Notes under the pieces: generated by a model
What the model saw: only the letters and a program-made list of their open reading frames with translations
The model's database searches: none
What the model was told of the DNA's origin: nothing
Assembly: GCA_002494205.1 (NCBI GenBank)
Contig: DLBE01000020.1
Span: 1-33,255, forward strand
Source of the DNA: Bacillales bacterium UBA7029
GTDB lineage: Bacteria > Bacillota_I > Bacilli_A > RFN20 > CAG-826
Length of the DNA: 33,255 bases
Direction: 5' to 3'
Position numbers and translations under genes: made by a program
In this document: piece by piece, positions 19,112 to 26,351 of the stretch
Position numbering within the stretch: the stretch's first letter is position 1
How the letters are laid out: each line of letters begins with the position of its first letter

Positions 19112-20448
19112 AATATCGTGATTTTCTAATTTCTGAAAAAGAAAATATGATTGAAGAACTTAAAAAGTTCCTTTCAATTAATTCTGTTTATGATGAATCA
19201 ACTGTTTCGAAAGAAAAACCTTATGGAAAAGGTGTTGATGATGCTTTGGAATATGTTGCAAAACTAGGAATTCAACATGGTTTTAGCGTTGATAGATGTG
19301 ATGGACATGCAACAGAGTTAACAATTGGTGAAGGCGATAAAATGATTGGTATTTTTGCTCACGCTGATGTTGTTCCTGCAACAGGAGTGTGGAGCCAACC
19401 TCCATTTTCTCCTTATGTAAAAGATGGAAAACTTTATGCTAGAGGTTCTTCTGATGACAAGGGACCTTTTATGGCAGCATTTTATGCTGCTTTAGCACTG
19501 AAACAAGCTGGATTAATTAAAAATTATAAAATTCGTTTTGTTGTAGGCGGCGATGAAGAAAGAGGTTCTAGTTGTTTAGATTATTATTTCAAAGATTTGA
19601 AAAAACCATCTCCAACTTATGGATTTACTCCGGATGCTGACTTCCCTGTTATTTATGGTGAAAAAGGAATTAATGATTTCTTTCCTGAAATTGATGTAGA
19701 AATTCCACATGTAAAGAAAATTGTTGGTGGTGCTGCAACAAATGCAGTCTGCGACAAAGTAGAAATTACTTTTGACGACCCATCACCTGTTGTTGAGTAT
19801 TGCGAGAAAAATATTGTTGAGCACAAATGTGAAGGCAAAGTTGTAACTATTTTCGGCAAATCTGCCCACGGTAGCACTCCTGAAAAAGGCGTTAATGCTG
19901 CAATCAAAGCTTTACAAATTTTAGGGGAAGTTTATGAAGTTAGAACCCTCTTAAATTTAGCAGAAGGATTATCTGACACTAGTGGTGCAAAATTTGGTTG
20001 TTTTTGTGAAACAAAACTTATGGGTCAAACAACTTATTGTGTAGGTTTAATTTCATACGAGAAAGGTCACTTAAAATTTAGTGTCAATTTCCGTTATCCT
20101 GAAACTGTTAAACCAAATGAATATATTGAAAAATTTGATGCATATTTTGGTACCAAATCCAAAAAGGGAGAGGAAAGCAAACTTCTCTTCTTTGATCCAA
20201 ATAGCAAATTAGTTAAAACATTAATGAAAGCATATGTAAAAGAGACAAAAGATTACTTCCATGGTCCAATCACAATTGGTGGTGGAACTTATGCTAAACA
20301 TTGCGAAAACACAGTTGCCTTTGGTGCCTTGTTTCCAGATAGAGAATACGTTATGCATCAACCAGATGAATATATGATTGTAGATGATATTTTAGAATCG
20401 GCAATTATTTATGCTAGAGCAATTAAATCATTAGGAAAACTTAAATAG
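19108..20448 (+). CDS. pepV: M20 family dipeptidase (PepV/Sapep-like)
   Basis: HADVVP, ARGSSDDKGP, GGDEE, PDADFPVIYGEKG, SAHGSTP, GGGTYA, MHQPDE. Confidence 0.88.
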   Translation: MKYRDFLISEKENMIEELKKFLSINSVYDESTVSKEKPYGKGVDDALEYVAKLGIQHGFSVDRCDGHATELTIGEGDKMIGIFAHADVVPATGVWSQPPFSPYVKDGKLYARGSSDDKGPFMAAFYAALALKQAGLIKNYKIRFVVGGDEERGSSCLDYYFKDLKKPSPTYGFTPDADFPVIYGEKGINDFFPEIDVEIPHVKKIVGGAATNAVCDKVEITFDDPSPVVEYCEKNIVEHKCEGKVVTIFGKSAHGSTPEKGVNAAIKALQILGEVYEVRTLLNLAEGLSDTSGAKFGCFCETKLMGQTTYCVGLISYEKGHLKFSVNFRYPETVKPNEYIEKFDAYFGTKSKKGEESKLLFFDPNSKLVKTLMKAYVKETKDYFHGPITIGGGTYAKHCENTVAFGALFPDREYVMHQPDEYMIVDDILESAIIYARAIKSLGKLK

Positions 20449-21065
20449 TGAGAACAAAATATAAACAATGGGCCGTCGACTATGTTGACGAGCACCCAGA
20501 AATTGCTATTCAAAAAATTGATATAAATTCCGATTTTTTTAAGGAAAAACCGGTGATTTTTGAAGTTGGCTCCGGAAAAGGTGACTTTATTGCCGCAATT
20601 TCTTTAGCTCATTCAGAATATAATTATCTTGCTATTGAACGGGTTAAAACTGTCGCAGGAATTATGTGTAAAAAACTCGTTGAACAAGGTAACAAAAACG
20701 TTATGGTTTTTCCATGGAATGTAGAAATTCTTTTTGACGAAATTAAAGAAGGATTTGTTCATTCCATTTACGTTAATCACGCAGATCCTTGGCCAAAGAA
20801 AAGGCACGAAAAGAGAAGACTTACTTATATATCTTTTTTAGAACAATATTATAGAGTTCTCAAAAATGGCGGTCGTTTATATATAAAAACTGATAATGAT
20901 GGCCTTTATGAATATACAAAAGAAGAGCTTAAGTTAACTAAATTTAAAGTTGTGTCGGATGAGGAAAATTATGCTTTTGATTCCGAAACCGATTTTATTA
21001 CAGAATACGAAAACAAGTTTAGATCTGTAGGGAAAAGTATTCATAGAATAATACTTGAGAAGTAG
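20448..21065 (+). CDS. trmB: tRNA (guanine-N7)-methyltransferase
   Basis: EVGSGKGDF, DPWPKKRHEKRRL, KTDN, TEYENKF; GTG start overlapping the pepV stop. Confidence 0.95.
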   Translation: MRTKYKQWAVDYVDEHPEIAIQKIDINSDFFKEKPVIFEVGSGKGDFIAAISLAHSEYNYLAIERVKTVAGIMCKKLVEQGNKNVMVFPWNVEILFDEIKEGFVHSIYVNHADPWPKKRHEKRRLTYISFLEQYYRVLKNGGRLYIKTDNDGLYEYTKEELKLTKFKVVSDEENYAFDSETDFITEYENKFRSVGKSIHRIILEK

Positions 21066-21076
21066 GGGTGAAGATT

Positions 21077-22177
21077 ATGGAACTTGAAATTAAATTAAAA
21101 GAAGAAGGAAAAATCTCTAGACTTACAAATAAAACATTTCAGTTTGATCCTAGATTAAAAGATGGCTTTTTTGCTGCAAATTATTTTCTAAAATCTAGGA
21201 AAATTGTTGAGAAAAATGCACCAAATCACATTGTAACAATGCAATTTTTCCAAAGAAGAAATGATACAAAACTTTGTGGAGTAGATGAAGCAATAGCACT
21301 TGTTCATACCTTCGCTGTTCATCCTGAGGAATTAGAAATCGAAGCTTTAAATGATGGCGATATTATTCAATATGGTGAACCTGTTTTGAAAATTACTGGA
21401 AAATACGAGAACTTTGGTTTTCTTGAAAGTATGATTGATGGCATTTTAGCTAGAAGAACTTCGGTCTGTACGAATGTTTATGAAGTTATGAAGGCTTTAA
21501 GAGGAAATGATTGTTTCTCAATGGCTGATAGACAAGATGATTATTTAACTCAAATTGGTGATGGCTATGCTACTTATGTAGCGGGAATAAGAAAAGTTTC
21601 TACTGATGCCCAAGGTTATTGGTGGGGCGGAAAAGGTGTTGGAACAATGCCACATGCCTTAATTCAAGTCTGCGGTGGAGATATTTGCAAAGCTGCAGAT
21701 ATTTATCACAAAACATTCCCTGAAGAAAAAGTAACTGCTCTTATCGATTATAACAATAACGTTATTGTAGACTCTTTAAAGCTAGCCAAACATTTAGGTG
21801 AAACATTAAGAGCTGTTCGTGTCGATACATCTAAATCATTGATTGACCATTATTTTGATGATAAAGATACATCTGGATTTGATCCTCATGGCGTTTGTAA
21901 AGAATTAATTTTTGCATTAAGAAAAGCACTTGATGATAATGGGTTTAACTTTGTTAAAATTATTGTTTCATCATCATTCACTGCATCAAAAATTAAAGAG
22001 TGGGTTGATTTAAAAGTTCCTGTTGACACTTATGGTGTTGGAACCGCCTTAGTGAATAACACGACTGTAGGATTTACAGGCGACTTAGTTATGTTAGACG
22101 GAAAACCTCAAGCAAAAGAAGGAAGAGAAAATATCCCATCTACAAGACTTAAAAAAGTTCCTTATCCAATTTATTAA
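21077..22177 (+). CDS. pncB: Nicotinate phosphoribosyltransferase
   Basis: YFLKS, GTMPHALIQ (phospho-His motif), ALID, VRVDTS, DTYGVG; SD-like GGGGTG 6 nt before ATG 21077 (GTG 21068 is an alternative). Confidence 0.85.
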   Translation: MELEIKLKEEGKISRLTNKTFQFDPRLKDGFFAANYFLKSRKIVEKNAPNHIVTMQFFQRRNDTKLCGVDEAIALVHTFAVHPEELEIEALNDGDIIQYGEPVLKITGKYENFGFLESMIDGILARRTSVCTNVYEVMKALRGNDCFSMADRQDDYLTQIGDGYATYVAGIRKVSTDAQGYWWGGKGVGTMPHALIQVCGGDICKAADIYHKTFPEEKVTALIDYNNNVIVDSLKLAKHLGETLRAVRVDTSKSLIDHYFDDKDTSGFDPHGVCKELIFALRKALDDNGFNFVKIIVSSSFTASKIKEWVDLKVPVDTYGVGTALVNNTTVGFTGDLVMLDGKPQAKEGRENIPSTRLKKVPYPIY

Positions 22178-22182
22178 TTTAG

Positions 22183-22205
22183 AGAGAGGGTTACCTCTCT
22201 TTTTT
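22183..22205 (+). terminator. Intrinsic terminator after pncB
   Basis: AGAGAGG-GTTA-CCTCTCT followed by T5. Confidence 0.8.
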
Positions 22206-22254
22206 AATCTTTGGTGTGAATAATACTCGCTCTAATTTTAAACTTTTATATCTT

Positions 22255-22289
22255 TGATATAATTGGCACTTTAAGCATGAGAGTGCTTG
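22255..22289 (+). promoter_or_regulatory. Extended -10 promoter overlapped by a CIRCE-like (HrcA) operator
   Basis: TG-A-TATAAT (22255-22263), then TTGGCACTT-N9-GAGTGCTTG (22263-22289); 14/18 match to TTAGCACTC-N9-GAGTGCTAA with the exact spacer. Confidence 0.65.
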
Positions 22290-22333
22290 TCTTCTTCTTC
22301 TATAATTTAAAGCAATGAAAGGAGAATAAATTG

Positions 22334-22750
22334 ATGGAAAAAGTTGTGAAAACTGCCCGTAAAGCGCTTGTCCCACTTCTTATTAGAGACATTCTTGCAT
22401 TTGTCATTATTGTTGGTGTTTTCTGGTTAATTGGTGACTTACTTTCCTTTGCTTCCAACAAAATTGTTCTTTATGAAGGACATATTGAAGGAAAGACAGG
22501 TATCATTCGTACCAAAAAACTTAACAGTCCTCTAGACAAAGTTCAAAGCGTTTCAGTTTCTTCAGGATTATTTGGAAAAATCTTTGGCTATGGCACAATT
22601 ACAATTACCACAGCTGCCTCAACAATTGCATTTGCCGGAATTAAAGGCGCAAATAGATTAAACGAATTAATCAATGAACAAGTTGAAAAAGCTAGCGAAG
22701 CAAAAATGATGAAACAAGCACAACTCATGGCGCAAGCAATGAAGCAATAA
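22334..22750 (+). CDS. Membrane-anchored bacterial PH-domain protein (bPH_2/YdbS-like)
   Basis: N-terminal TM, then GIIRTK...PLDKVQSVSVSSGLFGKIFGYGTITITTA, a typical bPH_2 pattern; SD AAGGAG; ATG 22334 or TTG 22331. Confidence 0.8.
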   Translation: MEKVVKTARKALVPLLIRDILAFVIIVGVFWLIGDLLSFASNKIVLYEGHIEGKTGIIRTKKLNSPLDKVQSVSVSSGLFGKIFGYGTITITTAASTIAFAGIKGANRLNELINEQVEKASEAKMMKQAQLMAQAMKQ

Positions 22751-22773
22751 GTTTTGATCATTTATTTAACTTT

Positions 22774-22804
22774 AGACGATGCTTATGGCGTCGTCTTTTC
22801 TTTT
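22774..22804 (+). terminator. Intrinsic terminator after the PH-domain gene
   Basis: AGACGATGC-TTATG-GCGTCGTCT followed by TTTCTTTT. Confidence 0.8.
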
Positions 22805-22862
22805 CATTCTTTTCATTAAAATAAAGATTTATCTTTATATATTTATCAATGTAAAACTTTTC

Positions 22863-22891
22863 TTGTTTATGAAAATATTTTCATATAAAAT
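22863..22891 (+). promoter_or_regulatory. Promoter of the LacI/CcpA-like gene with an 18-bp perfect palindrome in the spacer
   Basis: TTGTTT-17bp-TAAAAT; TATGAAAATATTTTCATA at 22868-22885. Confidence 0.65.
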
Positions 22892-22914
22892 GAAACCACG
22901 CAAAGGACAAAATT

Positions 22915-23916
22915 ATGGAAAATTTAAAAGAAAGAGTAACTATTTATGAAGTTGCAAAAGCTAGTGGTGTTTCACTCGCTACCGTTTCTAGAGTTATTAA
23001 TCATCAAGGAAACGTTACAGAAGCAACACGTGAAAAAGTTCAAGCAGTTATTCAAAGACTTGGATATAAACCATCAGGTCTAGCCCAAGCATTAGCTACA
23101 AATAAATCAACTACTATTGGTGTTGTTATTCCGAAAGCAAACTATGTTTATATAGCTTCGGTTTTAAATGGTATTGCAGAAGTTGCAAAAGAGAAGAATT
23201 TCTTAATCTCTTTATTTTTAACTTCGCATTCAAAACAAGATGCACTTTCAGCAGTTGAAAAAGTTATTACTTCTCACGTTGATGGCGCAATCATTTTTGA
23301 TGATGAATTAGAAGAAGAAGATATCTCAAAAATTACATCTTATTACGTGCCAACTATTGTTATTAACAATAGAGTTGAAGGTGAAAGATGTGGTTGTATT
23401 GTTTTTGGTTATGAAGGAAATTTAAGAAAAATACTTACCGAAAAATTAAACAAAGATAAAGATGCAACACCTGTTTTCTTACATGTCCATGATTGTGGTA
23501 GATTGCTTGCAAGAACCGAAAAAGCATTTATTTCAGTTTGTAAAGGTTTAAATAGAAATTATTCAGTTTTAAATGTTGATGATTCTTCATCAAGAACTTA
23601 TGAAGATTTTGTTGAATATTTTAAGAAACATAAAACTGGTTATTTTGTTGCTTATCGTGATTCTATTGCCGCCGCTATTGCTAATGCTGCAACAGATTCA
23701 GGACTTAGAATTCCAGAAGATGTTGAAGTCCTCTCGCTTATTGGAACAAAATATGCTAATATTACTCGTCCGACTCTGTCGAGTTTCAATATTAACATGC
23801 AAGATGTCGGCAAAAGATCAGTTTATATGCTCATGGATTTAATGAAAAATGAGCTTGAAAAGAAAACTTATAGAATTGAATCAGTTTACAAAAAACGTGG
23901 TTCAACAAGGGAGTAG
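22915..23916 (+). CDS. ccpA: LacI/GalR family regulator, CcpA-like
   Basis: HTH VTIYEVAKASGVSLATVSRVIN, hinge YKPSGLAQALA, IPEDVEV, RPTLS; position near tyrS-rpsD-ezrA as in Bacillus. LacI family is certain; orthology to ccpA is less so. Confidence 0.7.
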   Translation: MENLKERVTIYEVAKASGVSLATVSRVINHQGNVTEATREKVQAVIQRLGYKPSGLAQALATNKSTTIGVVIPKANYVYIASVLNGIAEVAKEKNFLISLFLTSHSKQDALSAVEKVITSHVDGAIIFDDELEEEDISKITSYYVPTIVINNRVEGERCGCIVFGYEGNLRKILTEKLNKDKDATPVFLHVHDCGRLLARTEKAFISVCKGLNRNYSVLNVDDSSSRTYEDFVEYFKKHKTGYFVAYRDSIAAAIANAATDSGLRIPEDVEVLSLIGTKYANITRPTLSSFNINMQDVGKRSVYMLMDLMKNELEKKTYRIESVYKKRGSTRE

Positions 23917-23918
23917 TT

Positions 23919-25172
23919 ATGGCAAATATCGTTGAAGAATTAAAAGCACGTGGCCTTATTAAAGATTTTTCTAATGAAGAAGAAGTCCGTGAATTATTAA
24001 AAACAAAACAAACAATTTACTGTGGTTTTGACCCATCTGCATCATCGATGCATGTCGGTAATTTTGTCATGATTTCACTTCTTATGAGACTTCAAAGAGC
24101 AGGTCATAAGATAATCGCGATTGTTGGTGGCGCAACTGGAATGATTGGTGACCCATCTGGCAAATCAAAAGAAAGAAATTTACAAGGTGTAGAAACATTA
24201 AAAGCCAATACTCAGTGCATTAAAGAACAACTCGAAAGATTCATTGATTTATCTGATCCTGAAAAAGGTATGATTCTTAACAACTACGAATGGTTAGGAG
24301 CAATGGATTTACTTACATATTTGAGAGATTATGGTAAATATTTTCCTGTTAATTACATGCTTTCAAAAGACATTGTTGCTTCTAGATTAGAAGCAGGTGT
24401 TTCCTATACTGAATTTTCGTACATGATTCTTCAATCAATTGACTTCCTAAAACTTCACCAAAATTATGGATGTTCATTACAAATTGGTGGTGGTGATCAA
24501 TGGGGTAATCTAACCTCTGGTCTCGAACTTATTCGCAAGATTGAAGGACCTGAAGCAAAGGTTGGTTGTTTTACTGTACCTCTTTTACTTGATCAAAACG
24601 GCAAGAAATTTGGTAAGAGCGAAGGTGGTGCTTTATACCTTGATGCAAAGCTAGTTTCTCCTTACAAAATTTATCAATATTTCATTAATGTTGGTGATGA
24701 CGATGCAGCAAGATATATGAAAGTATTTTCTTTCAAATCTCTTGATGAAATTGCCCAAATTACTAAAGATCACTATGAACATTTAGGTGCCAGAATTGCT
24801 CAAAAAGCTTTAGCTTACGAAATAATTGAACTTATTCATGGAAAAGAAAAAGCTGAAGAATGCAAAAAGATGTCAGAAGTTCTCTTTAGTGGTGATGTTA
24901 AGTCTCTTTCTAAAGAAAATATCGAAGAATTGTTTGGAGATTTAAAAACCGAACAACCTAAAGGATTGCTTCTTGAAGACCTCTTAATTGTAATCAAAGC
25001 AGCCTCATCAAAACGTGAAGCTAGAGAGTTTATAAACGGCAACGCAGTTTCCATCAATGGAGAGAAAGTATCTGACTTAACTCACATTGTTGATGAAAAA
25101 GATGCACTTTTTGGTGAATATGTTGTTATCAAACGCGGAAAGAAAAATTACTATTTAGTAAAACTAAATTAA
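23919..25172 (+). CDS. tyrS: Tyrosine--tRNA ligase
   Basis: YCGFDP, HVGN, GGATGMIGDPSG, QIGGGDQWGN, KFGKS, C-terminal S4-like domain ending KRGKKNY. Confidence 0.98.
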   Translation: MANIVEELKARGLIKDFSNEEEVRELLKTKQTIYCGFDPSASSMHVGNFVMISLLMRLQRAGHKIIAIVGGATGMIGDPSGKSKERNLQGVETLKANTQCIKEQLERFIDLSDPEKGMILNNYEWLGAMDLLTYLRDYGKYFPVNYMLSKDIVASRLEAGVSYTEFSYMILQSIDFLKLHQNYGCSLQIGGGDQWGNLTSGLELIRKIEGPEAKVGCFTVPLLLDQNGKKFGKSEGGALYLDAKLVSPYKIYQYFINVGDDDAARYMKVFSFKSLDEIAQITKDHYEHLGARIAQKALAYEIIELIHGKEKAEECKKMSEVLFSGDVKSLSKENIEELFGDLKTEQPKGLLLEDLLIVIKAASSKREAREFINGNAVSINGEKVSDLTHIVDEKDALFGEYVVIKRGKKNYYLVKLN

Positions 25173-25173
25173 T

Positions 25174-25374
25174 ATGACTGAAAGAATCACAAATTTTTAT
25201 GGACAATGTCTTGGCACAATCGAGACTGACGGAAACGGAAATAAAACTGTGAAAGATTTCTATGGTCGAATTCTTGGTCATTATGAAAGATCTTCAAATG
25301 TAACAAAAGATTTCTATGGGAAAATCTTATACCATGGCGATATGGCCGCGGCTCTACTAATAACGCAAAGATAG
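25174..25374 (+). CDS. 66-aa hypothetical protein with three [DN]FYG-x-[IC]L repeats
   Basis: Starts 1 nt after the tyrS stop and ends just before a terminator; internal amino-acid repeats support coding. Confidence 0.75.
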   Translation: MTERITNFYGQCLGTIETDGNGNKTVKDFYGRILGHYERSSNVTKDFYGKILYHGDMAAALLITQR

Positions 25375-25377
25375 GCA

Positions 25378-25405
25378 CAAGAAAAGGGAACCAATTGGTT
25401 CCCTT
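25378..25405. terminator. Terminator between the small ORF and rpsD (U-tract on the minus strand)
   Basis: AAGGGAACC-AATT-GGTTCCCTT hairpin. Confidence 0.8.
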
Positions 25406-25429
25406 AATTTGCTCATATTCAGTGAATGA

Positions 25430-26032
25430 TTATAACATTCTGTTATAGTATTCAATGACTTGGGCTTCGTTGATGTCTGCTGGAAGTTCGCTTCTTTCAG
25501 GAACTCTGACGAATTCGCCAACGAGTTTTGAAGCATCAACTTTGACATAACCAACTGAAGCTGGTTTGCTTTCAAGAGATTGTTTGACGACAGCTAAGTC
25601 GTGACCTTCTTTGATAGCAATCTTGTCACCAACTTTGCAAAGGTATGATGGAATATCAACTTTTGCACCATTAACGGTGATGTGACCATGGTTGACGAGT
25701 TGTCTTGCAGCTCTACGAGTTCTTGCAAATCCCATTCTATAGACAAGGTTGTCTAATCTGGATTCGAGAATTCTGAAGAATGCAATGCCAGTAACTTCGT
25801 CTGATTTTAAAGCAAGGTTGAATAAACGACGGAATTGTCTTTCGTTAACGCCATACATTTGTTCGAGTTTTTGCTTTTCAATCAATTGTTTGCCGTATTC
25901 GGATGGTTTTTTCTTACGTCCATTACCGTGTTGGCCAGGTCCGTATGGTCTCTTTGCGAGTTCTTTACCAGTCTCTAAGACTGAAAAACCGAGACGACGT
26001 GATCTTTTGTAGTCTGAACCTCTATATCTCAT
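25430..26032 (-). CDS. rpsD: 30S ribosomal protein S4
   Basis: PGQHG, SEYGKQLIEKQK, LESRLDNLVYRMGFA, ARQLVNHGH; start at ATG 26032 with SD AAAGGAG. Confidence 0.98.
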   Translation of the reverse strand: MRYRGSDYKRSRRLGFSVLETGKELAKRPYGPGQHGNGRKKKPSEYGKQLIEKQKLEQMYGVNERQFRRLFNLALKSDEVTGIAFFRILESRLDNLVYRMGFARTRRAARQLVNHGHITVNGAKVDIPSYLCKVGDKIAIKEGHDLAVVKQSLESKPASVGYVKVDASKLVGEFVRVPERSELPADINEAQVIEYYNRML

Positions 26033-26050
26033 GATATATGTTCTCCTTTC

Positions 26051-26189
26051 ACTAAATGCATTATTTAGCAAGAGGTGTAAATTCCATAACTCCGGATGTT
26101 CTCTAATTTGGCTTTCACTTATGAGCGTAGCTACTTACCCACGATAGTTGAGACATCAGTCGAGCTGTATTTACATGCTGCAACAATGC
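26051..26189 (-). promoter_or_regulatory. S4 autoregulatory leader RNA (Firmicutes rpsD leader)
   Basis: About 155-nt 5' UTR; outer pairing TGTAAAT...ATTTACA and AGCTC...GAGTT, and an apical stem containing GTAA...GCT, like the B. subtilis rpsD leader. Confidence 0.7.
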
Positions 26190-26196
26190 GGTTAAT

Positions 26197-26225
26197 ATTA
26201 TTAACTAATAGATTTTAGATGTCAA
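26197..26225 (-). promoter_or_regulatory. sigmaA promoter for rpsD
   Basis: Minus strand TTGACA-17bp-AATAAT. Confidence 0.7.
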
Positions 26226-26351
26226 TAAAAATCATTCATTAATATTTATATTAAGGCGAGAAAATGATCAAAAACACTAATATAATGATTATTCTTGCAA
26301 TGTTTTTTATTTAAAAACACAAAATAAATATGTTATTATATTGCAGTAATT

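Noticed and set aside
22191-22376. 61-aa minus-strand ORF between pncB and the PH-domain gene
   Set aside because: It runs through a terminator, promoter and CIRCE-like site and overlaps the next gene; no SD
26270-26347. Degenerate direct repeat (AAAAACAC...TTATT...TTGCA) upstream of ezrA
   Set aside because: Very AT-rich with an inconsistent period (43 versus 46 bp); cannot be told from chance
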